Positions 1 through 12,244 are shown, numbered from the stretch's first letter. The stretch is 64,000 nucleotides of DNA from Antechinus flavipes (GCF_016432865.1 NC_067401.1:39618001-39682000), one strand, 5' to 3'. Program-made: numbers and translations. The notes: generated from the sequence alone by a model not told the origin.

Positions 1-1
1 C

Positions 2-194
2 TAGGGGTCCTCAAACTAAAACCCACGGGCCAGATGCAGCAGCTGAGGGCTGTTTATCCCCCTCACCCAGGGCTATAAAGTTTCTTTATTTAAAGGCCCA
101 CAAAACAAAGTTTTTGTTTTTACTATAGTCCAGCCCTCCAATAGTCTGAGGGACAGTGAACTGGCCCCCTGTTTAAAAAATTTGAGGACCCCTG
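2..194. mobile_element. hAT/Charlie-type non-autonomous DNA transposon (MITE)
   Basis: Terminal inverted repeats taggggtcctcaaact (2-17) and aatttgaggacccctg (179-194); left TSD lies outside the window. Confidence 0.75.
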
Positions 195-2007
195 TGTTGT
201 GGAGTTGAGGTTTGAGTCTGGGAAGACTGAGGGAATGTTCAGTCCGTGCTGCAAAGACCAGCCCTGGGCAAGAAGGAACCAGCTTCTGGTGAGTGTGGAT
301 GCTGTTGGCTGCTGGCACTTACAGGAAGGTGGAGCTCTTGATTTGGGGTTCTTTACTCAGAGGGGAGAACTGAGATGAAGCCAGAGACACCCCCAACTCC
401 AAGATTAGAGGAGTTTATACTAATACTTCTTAATTTAAAAAAAAAAAAAAAGAACTGGCAAAGAAGAAAGAACTCCACCATAGAAACCTACTATTGGAAA
501 TGAGGAAGAATAGGGTTCATCCTCAGAGAAGGACACTTTAACAAAAGAAAGATTCTATCCCAAAGAATAATGTGAAATGGCTCTCTATCTAGAGAGAATT
601 TATAGAACTCAAAAAAGAATTTAAAAATCATATGTGATTCATTGAGGAAAAACTAACAAAAACCATCCAAGAAAAACAAGATTATGGAAAAAAATGTTAA
701 CTAACTAGAAAAGGAGATACAGAGTCTCAAAGTCAAAAATAACTCTTTGCAAATTAGAATTGGACAACGGGAAGCCCGTGAAGCTATGAGAGACCAAGAA
801 ATATGAATTATAAAGAATGGGAAAATAGAGCAGAATGTGAAACATAAGAAAAAACGATAGATTTGGAGAACAGATCGAGAAAATATAAGACAAGTTGGAC
901 TGCTTGAAAGCTGTGACCAAACAAAAGGATCTTGACATAATAATGCAAGAAATAATCCAAGAAAATTGTCCTAGAATAATAGAACATAAGGAGAAAGTAG
1001 AAATAGAAAAAAAAAAAAATCCACCAATCACTACCTCAAGAAGAGCCTTTGTGGAAAACACCTAGTAACATTATTGCCAAATTTCAAGACCCTTAGATCA
1101 AAGAGAAAATTTTACAAGAAACAAGAAAATAACTATTCAAATACAATGGAGCTACAGTTACAATTGTATAAGACTTATCAGAAGCCACACTAAAAAATCA
1201 CAGGTCCTAGAATTATATCTACTGACAATCAAAAGAACTAAGCCTGCAGTCAAAAATATCATATTCAGCAAAACTATTTATAATTCTGAATGGGAAAAAT
1301 TGAATATCCCTGGATATTCAATGAACTTGCAGATTTTCAGGACTTTCTATCAGTGAAACCTGAACTTAATTGAAAATTTAACATATAACAGCCAATATCA
1401 AAGATCAGTTTCAAGGAACTCAACAAGGGTACATTGCTTATATATTTTTTTTTTACATGGGAAATTTAGAGGATATGTTTAAGATGGACATTAACAATAT
1501 GACAGCTCAAAAGATAGATTGGGGCAGATTTAAGGTAAAAATAGTAATTATGTCACACAAATGAGATGCAGAGGAAGAATAGACACAGAGGCATTAGAGG
1601 GGGGAGGAGGGCTCATAGTTCTAAGAACCTACTCACATCAGGAATAGATTAAATAGGCAACACTATATATATACTATGAATGATATAGCATCCTCCAAAA
1701 TCTTTAAAGAAATAAGGGGAAGAGGGATGGGCAAATGGGAAAGCAAAGGGTGGGGGGAGGTTAAGTAATAGCAAAGCAAGTTAAGAGCAGAATTAAAGCA
1801 AAAGATCAGCAGGGATAGGAAAGACCTATGTGTTTGTGGGTTGTGTGTGTGAATGTGTGTAGGTATGTATATATCTACATAAGTATATATAAATATATCC
1901 TTTCTTAACAGCTTGGGGTGCAAGGTGGGGATGAAAGGGGGAAAAAAGAATAAAGTAAAAAAGACGCAGCAGAGAACCAAAGAACAATTTACAAGGAAGT
2001 AAAGAAA
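195..2007 (+). mobile_element. Degenerate L1/HAL1-like element: 5'UTR, disrupted ORF1 and purine-rich spacer
   Basis: A-rich ORF1-like tract (aagaactccaccatagaaacctactat..., atccaagaaaattgtcctagaataataga...) with many stops. Confidence 0.65.
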
Positions 2008-2135
2008 NNNNNNNNNNNNNNNNNNNNNNNNNNNNNNNNNNNNNNNNNNNNNNNNNNNNNNNNNNNNNNNNNNNNNNNNNNNNNNNNNNNNNNNNNNNNN
2101 NNNNNNNNNNNNNNNNNNNNNNNNNNNNNNNNNNN
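2008..2135. other. Assembly gap (128 N)
   Basis: Run of N. Confidence 1.
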
Positions 2136-2253
2136 GCTGTGACTTATTTGCCCAGCTTCACACAGCTAGGAAGTGTTAAATGTCTAAGGACAATTATGAA
2201 CTCAGGTCCTCCTGACTTCTCTGTGCTCTGTCCACTGAGCCACCTAGCTGCCC
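2136..2253 (-). mobile_element. Marsupial tRNA-derived core-SINE fragment (WSINE/WALLSI/MAR-like)
   Basis: gaactcaggtcctcctgac...ccactgagccacctagctgccc. Confidence 0.7.
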
Positions 2254-2439
2254 CTATATATATTTTCTTAAACTGGTATTGTTATATGTTTTGAATCCTC
2301 CCTAATGTTCTGCTGGGGATATGACAATGTTCTCTTTTGTTTTGTTTTGCATTCCTTTTATGTGTTTCTTTTTTATTATTCTGTTTCTTTAGATAAAATA
2401 AATTTTGGGGGGAGGGGAAAGAAAGAAATAATAAGCAGG

Positions 2440-2915
2440 ATACTCTAAAACCTGGAAAGACTTAACAAGAGCTGATGCAAAGTGAAATGTACTGTGTACA
2501 AAGTAACAGCCATATGTTAAGATAATCAGCTGTGAATCAGCTATTCACAGCAATGCAATGATCCAAGACAACTCTGAAGGCCTTATGATGAAAAAATGCT
2601 ATCCTTTTCCCAGACAAAGAAATAATGGTGTCTGCATACAGTTTAAAGTGTTTTTTTTTTAACTTTATTTTTCTTGAGATCCTTTTTTTTTTGGTCTATG
2701 TTTTCTTTTACAACAAACTAATATGGAAATGTTTTATGTGACTACGCATGTATAACCTATATTGAATTGCATGCCTTCTTCTTGAAAGGAGGTAGGGAGG
2801 AAGAAAGAAAGAATTTGGAATTCAAAGTTTTAAAAGCAAATGTTACAAATTATTTTACATGTAATTGAGGTAAAATAAAATACTAAATTTTTTTTAAAAA
2901 TAAAGGCATTAAAAG
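2440..2915 (+). mobile_element. Old L1-like 3' end
   Basis: ggaaagactt...gagctgatgcaaagtgaaat...atgatccaagacaactctgaagg...aataaaggc tail. Confidence 0.65.
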
Positions 2916-3635
2916 GTTTTTTTGGGGAAAAACCAATCCTTTGCCTAACATTTAAAAAAAAAAAAAACTTTGATACTTTGATACTTAGACTTTTGAGACT
3001 TTGTCTTTCTCATAATTGGTAACAAAAAACAACAACAACAAACCTCAAATCATCAATAAGACTTTGTGGTTATATGAGGGAGGGACATTTCCTGCTACTT
3101 CCTTTGAGAAGAGGAGAGTATATTATGCTTGAGTGTTTGAAGTCTATACAGATATTGCTGCAAGTCTGAAAGGTTTTGTGGGAAAAATCTGTTTAGAATG
3201 TTTATTTGTATTTCATCATTCTCTTCTAAGTCAACATGAATTTTTCCAAGGGAAAAAAAAAGACCACCCACCTGAATATGAACAACAGACATAGCTCCCC
3301 TGTGTCCTTATCCAAAGCCTTTATATCTAGGTAGACCATGCCAGTGTTTGAGCTCCCGTGGGATAGGCCTGGAGAACCCAGGTTTACCTCTACAGTACAA
3401 TGAAGCACCAGAGGAAGATTTTAGTAGAGGCTGTAAATATGGAACCATCCATCACTCCTACTGAAAAAAGAATCCCAAGCATAAGCTCTATTTATGGTTC
3501 ATCATCTTTGCATATTAAAGACAAGCAATAATTTGCAGATGATCAAGAGGATAATATGTTAATAATATACCAGTGTCACATTGGTTGCAACCTTAGGTCT
3601 CCTCCCTCTTTCCAGGGTGTGTCTCCCCCTCTCAC

Positions 3636-3694
3636 CTGGAGAGCCTGGTAGAGTTTTTCAGCAAAGTACAGTGGAGTGTTCCTGATCACAGAGG
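3636..3694 (-). CDS. ANXA9: ANXA9 coding exon 10
   Basis: [20 protein letters not shown], 59 nt, donor gtgaga. Confidence 0.94.
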
Positions 3695-6600
3695 CTGAAA
3701 AGCAAAGGAGAAAATGAGGGAGGCAACTAGGTGGACCCCAGCCCCCATCCCAACAGAGCACAGGGGCTCGGAGCAGGTTCTCACCTAGGGTGAGAAGAGC
3801 ACTCTGGGCATTTCCATGAAAACAGGTCCGGATGCCCTCCTCTATCTCCTGACCATTATGTCTCTGGTATTCGTCAAACACTATTGGGAATGGAGGAAGA
3901 AAGAGGAAAGTCGGGAGGTACCGAACATAGTAGAGGGGACTCTAGTCAGCTCAGTAAATTCCATCTTACCTCGGTTGAGGTGTTCAGTATTTCGTTGGGT
4001 CAAAATCGTGATCCATGTTGCCCCTGTGCCTGTTTCTCCAGCCTCATGTAATGTCTGGTTGGAAGAAATGAGACAAGAAGAGCAAGGGACCTGAAAAATT
4101 GTGGCAGAATCCTCTACTCCCCACGGAAGATCCTGGGTCAAGTCCTAGGTCCCACGCTCCATCCCTTGGGTCCATGGCTCCCTTAATCCCCCCAAGGAAC
4201 GAGGTATCCTTGTCCTACACATCAGGGCTCTCTCGCTTCCCCCAAATTCCCCCACTTCCCTTCCCGCCTCCCATGTCCTCCACCTGCAGACCCAGGCTCT
4301 GGCCCAAGAGCCCTTCCTCTTCAATCCTTTCCAAATCCTTAGCACAGGTTACGGCCCCTCCCCTAGCTCTCCATCCTGTCTGGACCATGCTCTTGCTAAT
4401 AGGCTTGTCCTGGGCTTGGGGGGGGGGGGGGACAAGAATAAGGAGAAGGTCTGGTTTGGGGAGGGAAGTGATGGGCTCACTCTGGGTATTTTAGACACTG
4501 CCCCTTGGGGGTTTCAGGTATGTAGGAACCCTTCCTCTGAAATGATCACTGGCTGGAAATCTGGGTTTGTGAGCCTAGACCACCCCTGGACAGCCCGCCA
4601 GGTTACCTACTCCTTTTCCAATAGTGAGCGTGCCAGCTCTGGGACTGTTTGCTACTATTCCTGCCCCACCCCCCACCAAGGGCAAAGGGCTTGGGGGAAG
4701 GGAGGCCCATCACCATGGTGATGGCAGGGCAGCAGGGGTCAGCCACCTGGAGCTGCCAAGAAAGCCATGGTATGTGCAGAAGGGCACCAGACCTCTCCCC
4801 TCTCCCAGAGGTATGTGGCTGGGGGCCAGAGGAAGCTGGTGCCTTATCAAAAGGGAGCAGGCCCTGGGCCAGGGGCTTCCCAGCCTCCCCAGGGGTGGGA
4901 CTCCCTCAAATTCTGGGGCCGAAGCCAGGCCCCATTCCAGGATGGTCCTGATCATTTTCCTAACCCCAACCAGCCTCTGACATGGGAATCCAGCAGTCAG
5001 TGATCTCAGTTCTTGTGAGGCAATGAACCATATGGTCAGACACACAGAGGTGTTAGTGGGACCCTTCTTTGTCTCCCAGACATGTCCCAGGAAGGCCTGA
5101 AGCTGGGGGATGGGCACCTATTCCCCGCTCCCAATTATTTTTCCATGTGGGGCTGAGGGATAGCTGGGGCTGCCTTTAGGTGGTCAAACTCACCTGTGCA
5201 TCCTGTTCTGTCAGGTTGTAATCCTTTATCCCAGAATAGCTCTCCCGAGTTCCCTGGAAGTTAGTGTTGATTTTAGGGGATATATTTTGAGAGGGAAGCT
5301 CAGTCAATGGCTTTAATAAGAATTAAACAGCACCTCACATTTATTGCAAAAGCATTTTCCCTTAAAACTATTCCCTTGGAGAAGAAGGAATGTGATTATC
5401 CCCATTTCACACATGAGGAAACAGAGGTCCAGAGAAATCACCCAGCTGGCAAATAGAAAAGCTAGGATTCCTGACCCCACAAATGCAACCTTCTTTCCAC
5501 TATCCTGTGTGACCAACAGAAATTAAGCCCCAGGACTCCTTGAAACCTTCCCCTGCTATTATTCCCACAGGAATTCTCTCTTGTCTTTCATCCCCCTAGA
5601 TCCCTCACATTGAACACAAGTTCTGATTTCCTTACCTTAACCAACGTTAGCAGCAGATCCCTCAGGAGGCCGCTTGTCTCTGATCTCATATCATCTTCAA
5701 TGTCCACCCCAAAATCTAGGGCAGGATCCAGAATAAATATCAGAGTGAGTGGGGAACCAAAGTTTGATATGGTCTCCTAATCTTTCTCATCTGAACCACC
5801 AGAGCTAGTCTTAGCACCTGATCTATGGCACCCAGCAAGCTCCGGTATCCAGAACCAAATGATGCTGGTAGTCCCAGGCTCCTGGCATTTAAGGTGCCCA
5901 TCCCTGGAAATACTTCTGAACTGTAAGTAACATGTACACAGCCAAGTGTTGGGAGGGAAATTGTTTGACTTTGTGTTGTCATTAAACAATCTCAAAGCCC
6001 CATAGCAGTACTACAATAACTAAGGGATGAGAAAAAAAAGAAAGAGAAGAAGAAAGAAGGGAGAATGGGAGAGAAGAAAGTATTAAGGAAGGATGGACAG
6101 AAGGAAGAAAGGTAGAAAGAAAGGGAAGGAAGGAAGAAGGAAAGAATAGAGGAAGGGAGGAAGGACGGAGTCCAGCTTTGGAGGCAATATGCTTAAGTCT
6201 GGGTTTCCTTATAGAGGGAAAAATGATTCTAGATCTGAGCTGGAAGAGAGGATATCTAAATTCTGATGCTCTGAGGAAAAGAACATAAGGAAAAAGGATG
6301 GAGAAGGGAGAAAATTGAGAACTGGCTTTTAGAGTTAGAAGACCTAAGGTAAATTGACTCAGAAACTAGCTGTGTGATTCCGAGTGGGTCACTCAACTTC
6401 TTTCTGCCTCAGTTTCCTTATTTTTAAAATGGAGATCATGATAATAGCGTCTACCTCTCAGGGGTGTTACAAAGATCAAATGAGATAATTGTAAAGTGTT
6501 TGACAGACCTTAAGGTGCTACAGAAACACTAGCTATTATTATGTAGAGAGAAATAAATAGGGAATAAAGGGAAAAGGGAAGAAGCAGACATCAGATTCAA

Positions 6601-8596
6601 GGCTAAGGCATCTGGCTGCTGGGCTGGGTAGGGCCATGGCCAATAGGAATCTGGCACCCAAGAGGTATGCTGAGGGAGGAATGAAAGACCAGAGTCACCA
6701 GTTTCAGGGCTGGGGCCAGGCTCCATTCAGCTTGAGACAGAGACTGATAAGAGTGTGTTTGTATGTTTTGTAGGGAAAGCTGGGTTTGAGGAGAGATAGG
6801 GAAGAGGGAGGAATGGATATCCTTGTGATTATCAGATACTTACTCTATTATTAATCTCAAGCCTTAGGCTAAAAGGGCTAATAATTGTCTTCTCCTTGTC
6901 GAATAACCACATTTGGCTTTCTTCCAAGGGGAAATCAAGACACTAGCAGAGAGAAGGGCTCCTAAGGAGTTCATCAGGAAGTAAAATATCAGCATTTAGG
7001 CTCCAGGACTCTTCCCCTAAAGGGACAGTGATGGAGCTGAAAGATGGGAGAAGACTGAGAGTTTCTTTCCCTTCAGTGGGATGTGCCCTCCTGAGTGCTT
7101 GGCCATTCAGTCCCATTACCACGTTTGTAGACAGTCAGACACTCCTGTAGCTGGGGTGGGGAACGGGTAGAAAGGATTTCCACTCCTACATCCTCAGCGG
7201 AACTTATATCCTGGAAGAAAACAAGGGTCCAGTCTGTGACAGACATAATGCCAGTGGAAGTGAGGACAGAAGGAAGCCCGTGGCCATTTCTGTTCTGGGG
7301 GGAGAGCATGGACCAGTGACTTTAGGAATGAGATTTGAAGTAAAGATCAGACTTTGAGGTCATAGGGTGATGATGTCAGAAGGTCTCCTCCCCTCCAGCC
7401 CTGGGGCCAAGGAATGATTGAGAGATTGGGGAGGCAGCTCCCAGGTTAGCCAATACATTTGTTTCCAAGATATCTGGAGTCCATTTCCTCTCCTAATACC
7501 TTCAGTGCTGCCCTTAGTTCATGGGCATCATATTGGGCTGCAGGCTTCAGCAGTGCTACCACAACCTTCTCCAAGCTCCCAGAAAGAGCTGCTTGCAAGG
7601 ATTTCAGTAAGTCCTAGGATAAATATGCAGTAAATAAGTTCTAGAGCAGGGTGGGCAAGAGTGAGAAGGCTGACTAGAATGTACAGGCAAAGGAGCCAAT
7701 TTTGTGGAACTGCAGAGGTTTGGTCGATACTACATTCATGTTGGTCAGTCTGGACCAGATGATGAGCTTGGGGACAATTTCATATGGACAAAGGGGTGCA
7801 TTTTATCTAAGTCAACAGTTCCTCCCATGTCTCCCAAGGGGCTTCTCCCTCTTGGTCTTCTTACCTGCTGGGTGCGCTCCTGGAAGGCTCGGGCAATAAG
7901 TTGCCTTTGTTCACCATTCCGGTTGGTCAGCACATTCACTATGGTGCCCTGATCCACACCTGAACCAGGACAGAGGGCAGAACTCAACCAGAGAGTTTTT
8001 GAATTTGAATTACTCAATATAATGCAGCAAAAACCAAGGCCATAAATATACTGGGGCTAGAATCACTTTGAGAAGAGCAGGTGCTTAAGGAGGTACTAGA
8101 CTGGGGTGATTTCTGTAACTTGTTTTTAAATGATCATGCAAAAAATGTCCCAATTTATTTTCAGTTTCCTGCTTACTCTGTATAATAAGAAATTTTTAAG
8201 AGCAGAGAAAGGAGAGCCCTAACCCATAGAGGCAAGACAGAGAGAAGGACCATGAGAGGGGAAAAGTCACCTTGGCCTGCAATAGCTTCTAGCAGCCGTT
8301 GTACATCCTTGTCCACGTTGAAGCTCAAAAATGGCCTCAGAGTCCCCAAGGTACCCCAAGCTGCAGTCTATAGAAACGTAGGGGAGTTGATATTTGGTTG
8401 AGTTCAAGAAAAAGATCACCTGCTTCATTTTAGTGCCTTGATTTGTGGATAAAAGCTTTCTTTACATACCTGCCGCTAGGGTCACCCCAGCCCGTATTCT
8501 AGAATATCCTCATGGTCCTACCTTGTTGGCCAAGCCCAGGTGGCTGAGGATCTCATGGACCAGGGATGACTCCATCCTTGCATTGCTCACAGACAT
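3636..8596 (-). CDS. ANXA9: Annexin A9, spliced CDS, 3'-partial (first 284 codons)
   Basis: Exons 8522-8596, 8271-8367, 7865-7959, 7500-7613, 7120-7210, 5636-5715, 5194-5253, 3970-4054, 3785-3880, 3636-3694 total 852 nt, all GT-AG and in frame. Translation [51 protein letters not shown]...[15 protein letters not shown] matches recalled human ANXA9. Synteny with CERS2 and SETDB1. Confidence 0.96.
3785..3880 (-). CDS. ANXA9: ANXA9 coding exon 9
   Basis: [32 protein letters not shown], 96 nt. Confidence 0.94.
3970..4054 (-). CDS. ANXA9: ANXA9 coding exon 8
   Basis: [28 protein letters not shown], 85 nt. Confidence 0.93.
5194..5253 (-). CDS. ANXA9: ANXA9 coding exon 7
   Basis: [20 protein letters not shown], 60 nt. 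Confidence 0.93.
5313..5480 (-). mobile_element. MIR/core-SINE
   Basis: attatccccatttcacacatgaggaaacagaggtccagag core. Confidence 0.65.
5636..5715 (-). CDS. ANXA9: ANXA9 coding exon 6
   Basis: [27 protein letters not shown], 80 nt. Confidence 0.94.
6030..6210. repeat. GA-rich (polypurine) low-complexity tract
   Basis: aagaaggaaggg-type repeats. Confidence 0.8.
6320..6542 (+). mobile_element. MIR/MAR1 core-SINE
   Basis: ctagctgtgtga...gtcactcaacttctttctgcctcagtttcctt...aaaatgg...aaggtgctacagaaacactagctattatt. Confidence 0.75.
7120..7210 (-). CDS. ANXA9: ANXA9 coding exon 5
   Basis: [30 protein letters not shown], 91 nt. Confidence 0.95.
7500..7613 (-). CDS. ANXA9: ANXA9 coding exon 4
   Basis: [38 protein letters not shown], 114 nt. 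Confidence 0.95.
7865..7959 (-). CDS. ANXA9: ANXA9 coding exon 3
   Basis: [32 protein letters not shown], 95 nt. Confidence 0.95.
8271..8367 (-). CDS. ANXA9: ANXA9 coding exon 2
   Basis: [32 protein letters not shown], 97 nt, AG/GT. Confidence 0.95.
8522..8596 (-). CDS. ANXA9: ANXA9 coding exon 1 (ATG at 8596)
   Basis: [25 protein letters not shown]; acceptor AG 8612-8611; donor gtagga. Confidence 0.93.
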
Positions 8597-9417
8597 GATG
8601 CTGTTGACAGCTTTGGGGAGAGAAGCAGGAGCTGAGCTGAGCTCCCTTATTCCTCTTGATCCTTTTTGTCACCTAGACCTCCTGCGCTTAGAGTCCCCTT
8701 CCCATTTCCTGCACCTTCTCTTCCCACCCAAAGTTTTTCTTCTCTCTGGTGTAGAAAAAACATCATCAACCTGCTAGGCAGGTTTGGGAATGAGGATTGA
8801 AACTGGAAGCCAGAGAAGCAGAGGAAAAAAGGACCCTCTGTTCCTCTGTCCCTTTGGGGGCCACAGCAATGGAGTACAGCTACAGCTCGGACTGGACTCA
8901 CCCAAACCCCGGGCGATGATCCCTTTAATGTCAGACCTGTGGTCTAAAGTAGATTTTTAAAGGAGTCTTTCCCCTTCACCTCCACAGAAATGGCCTCTGC
9001 CTTCCTTTTCCACCTCTCCTTCGACCATTCCCATTGGCATTATGTCTCAGTCACAGACTGGACCCTAGGTTTCTTCTGAGCTCCCAGTGGGAGAGAATCT
9101 CGGGCGAGGTAGGAAATGAGTGTGTGGGGAGAGGTGAGGACTCCCCTTCCCATTCTTTAAGCTCAAAGCCCCAGCTTCTGAGCCCTCTCCTCCCCAGCCC
9201 TGCTTTCCCCCTGTATCCCATCTATCACTTCGCTTGTCCGCATCTCCTATTCATCTGGCTTTAGGCTGGGATTCTCTCACCCATGGGGCACAAGCCATGT
9301 CCAGGGGGATGAGGGCTTGTTGACCTGTGTGTCTGTGAAAGGCAGCCCTGCCCAGCCCATCCCGAGGGCGCAGAGAGCCCCCATTGTGGGGGGGGGGCAC
9401 AAGATCCGAGCGCTTAC

Positions 9418-9500
9418 CTGGGACAGAGGGTGCTGAGTGTGGGACCAGCTTCTCGGTGATAGTGGAGGGGGCGTGTGCAGGACCAGGCTGGGTTCTGAAT
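9418..9500 (-). other. ANXA9: Candidate ANXA9 non-coding first exon (3' end at 9418; 5' start undefined)
   Basis: Strong donor CAG|GTAAGC at 9417, upstream of the ATG exon, which has only 14 nt of UTR after its acceptor. Confidence 0.5.
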
Positions 9501-11074
9501 CAGGTGACCTCCCTTCCAGACCAGACCAGCTGGTGTCTCCCGCCCTCGGCCCCTCCCATCTGTGGGAGAGGATCTGCTTGTACCTGGGCACCCCCACACT
9601 CTCCTGCCTGGCCTTTCTTCTGGCCCCAGCCTAGCCTCATTCATGCGTCCCACAGCCTCCCTGGGAGCAGCTCAGCGCAGACACAGGGGGCTTTGTGTGC
9701 TCTTTTCCCTAAGGGGGCCAGGTGGTAGGGGCACCAGAATGCAGGGCTGGTTCCCGGCTCCCTGAAGGGAGGGTAGAGTGGGCAAGTCAGACAGGCTCTC
9801 GGCTGATCCCGGGTTTGATAGACCTGGGGAGAACTTGTTGGGGCACATGCCAGGAGGGACACCCCAGGGACAGGCCCCCAGAAGGGTCCCGGCCCAAACC
9901 TCCTTGCACCACTCCCTGGATGTGGAGAACAACCGGGCGCTGTGTTCAGAGCAGCAGGGCAGAGATTTTACAATCCGGGGCTGTCTCGACAAAACCCCAC
10001 TCATCTCTCCAGAAGTCTTGGCAGAAAGAGGGATTTTGGGTGGGCATGCTATAGTGGGGGCTGGGGAAGTGACCTAAAGAAAAGGCATCGGGTTAGCTTT
10101 GAGCTTAGAAATGTGATTCCCAAGAGGCCACGGTGGGGGGTGAGGATCATGGGAGACTAAGATCTCAGAGCCCAGAGATTCAGCTCTTTACCCCCTGCTG
10201 TCCTTTTGCTTTATTGGCTGTCCTAGCCTAAGTGATGCAACCCCAGCAGCCGGGCCCTGCCTCCCTTTGGGTCCCACTGGCAGATAGAACAGCAGGTGAA
10301 CAGCAAGTGAACAGTGCCGAGTGCAGCCGGGGGCCCTGGAGAGCTCCACAAATCTCCTAACGGATCCTCCGAGGACCGGGGACAGCCCTTTCCCCACTTC
10401 CAGGGCAAATTAGGCTCTCTGTCCTCCTTGGGACCCCCTCTCTGGCTTTGCAGCCGGCAAAGGGCTTTTCGTCTCCTCCCTCACCTCGCGTAGACCCCCT
10501 AACGATCAGGTGACTTCTAAAACGCAGATGGTGCCAGTCTGTGCCAGGCCACTGGCAAGAGATTCCAGTGGTGGGAGGTACCTTTGTCCTCTTTTTTTTC
10601 CAATGCCAAAAAATTAAATTAAGTTAAAAAAATACAGATAACGCCCACATGCCTGGGACAGGTGCCTAATTGCTCCTCCAGGGGAATAGTCCAACCTGCT
10701 CCCTTAAGTCCCTCAGCTACAACCTCCAAGAGCCCACAAGAGGGCACCCATGTCAAGAACCTTGGTCTTCAGCAAGTCCAGGGAAAGGGGTCTTGCCCCC
10801 TGGTGGCCGTTTTGGGTCTGCAGTCAGTCCCTCTACCCTAGCTTTCCAAGACTCTAAGGGGAAAAAATCAATGAGACTCCTGGGACAGAGATTCCTGGCC
10901 CACGGCCTGAAGGGCCACCGACGGGGAGAGGAGCAAAGGCAGAAAGAAACAGGTTAAATGTCCCGGTAGCTGCTCTGGGATGAGCTATCTACCGTTCAAA
11001 CCAGCTCACAACTGTAAAAGGGTTGGATTTACTACGTGAGTTCTCTCATTCATGAGCATAATGTAGAGAACTGT

Positions 11075-11250
11075 TAGGTTTCATTCATTCAATCAGTCAT
11101 CCAGTATTTTTTACTTGATCATTTTTTTTACTTGATTTTACTTTAATCACAATTTTTTACTATGTGATAGGGATAAAAAAGCAAAAATGAGATTGTTCCT
11201 GCCTTCAGGGAAGTTAAATTAGATTGGGAGAGACAATGTGTATATACTTA
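11075..11250 (-). mobile_element. L2-like 3' end fragment
   Basis: cattcattcaatcagtcatccagtatt...tactatgtgatagg...cctgccttcagggaagt. Confidence 0.55.
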
Positions 11251-11300
11251 CTTATAAATAAGTACATTAAGTACTTATGTGAGTATTTAATATGTATGGA

Positions 11301-11744
11301 TTTTCTCTTGCCCCTCTCCTTCCTTCCAACCCACGGAGGGGGTGACCACGCAGTCTGACACTCATTAGTCATTCGTTTTTCCCTGCAGTAGCTGTTACTT
11401 CCAGATCTCTGTTCAGTCCCTACCCTGATCCTTTTAGCCACAGTTCAAAAAAAAGGAAGATACCAAAAACTTTTCTGGGGGGTGGGGCGTGTGTGTGTTC
11501 TGAGGCAGAACTGCTCAGAAGGAGAGTTCAGTTAGGGCCTGAACAATAAAGATAATGATTATAAGCCCTTGCTGCCTGTCAAGGAGGGAAGCAGGCAACT
11601 GTCCAGGAGGAGAAGAAACTAAGAAGAAACATCTAGCATGAGGGTGATGTTATTAGCTTTGTCATATTCCTACAATCTTATCCCAATGAGTGCCCTGGCA
11701 ATCCTAACCTCACTCCTGTTCTCACTCATGCCCTCACCCAGGCA
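11301..11744 (+). repeat. Left arm of a ~440-bp inverted duplication
   Basis: Reverse complement of 13071-13505; ~90% identity by eye. Confidence 0.95.
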
Positions 11745-12244
11745 TATAAATAAATATATATAAAAATATAAAAAATATATACTTACGTACATAAGTATAT
11801 AAAATATAAAAAATATGTAAATATATAAAAATAATGTACTTATGTAAGTATTACAAATATAAAAATAATATGTAAGCATATAAAATAATATACTTACATA
11901 ATTATATAAAAATATATACTTGTGTAAGTATATGAAAATATAAAAAATAATATATAAATTTATAAAAATAATCTACTTATGTATTTATATAAAATATAAA
12001 ATAATATACTTGTATATGTATATAAAATATTAAAAATATACTCACATAAGTATATAAAATATTAAAACAATATACTCATATAATTATATAAAATAATATG
12101 CAAACATATAAAAATAAAAAATGATATACATATATAAGTATATACAAATATAAAAATAATATACTTATATAAAATATTATGTTTATACAAGTATATAAAA
12201 TACAAAAATATACTTACATAAGTATATAAAAATATAAAAAATAA
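11745..12244. repeat. AT-rich degenerate minisatellite with palindromic units
   Basis: Recurring atatactta(c/t)(a/g)taagtatat plus aaaatataaaaaat. Confidence 0.9.

Noticed and set aside
1-3635. Missing last two ANXA9 coding exons
   Set aside because: No match found and not treated as gene loss. They probably lie left of the window, or in the N gap; I recall a long intron at this position in human.
4100-5117. Cluster of 80-135 aa ORFs in an ANXA9 intron
   Set aside because: GC-rich intron sequence with no recognisable domain, and not needed to keep the ANXA9 reading frame.
11745-12244. Repeat array superficially like CRISPR
   Set aside because: Mammalian DNA; degenerate units with no unique spacers and no cas genes.
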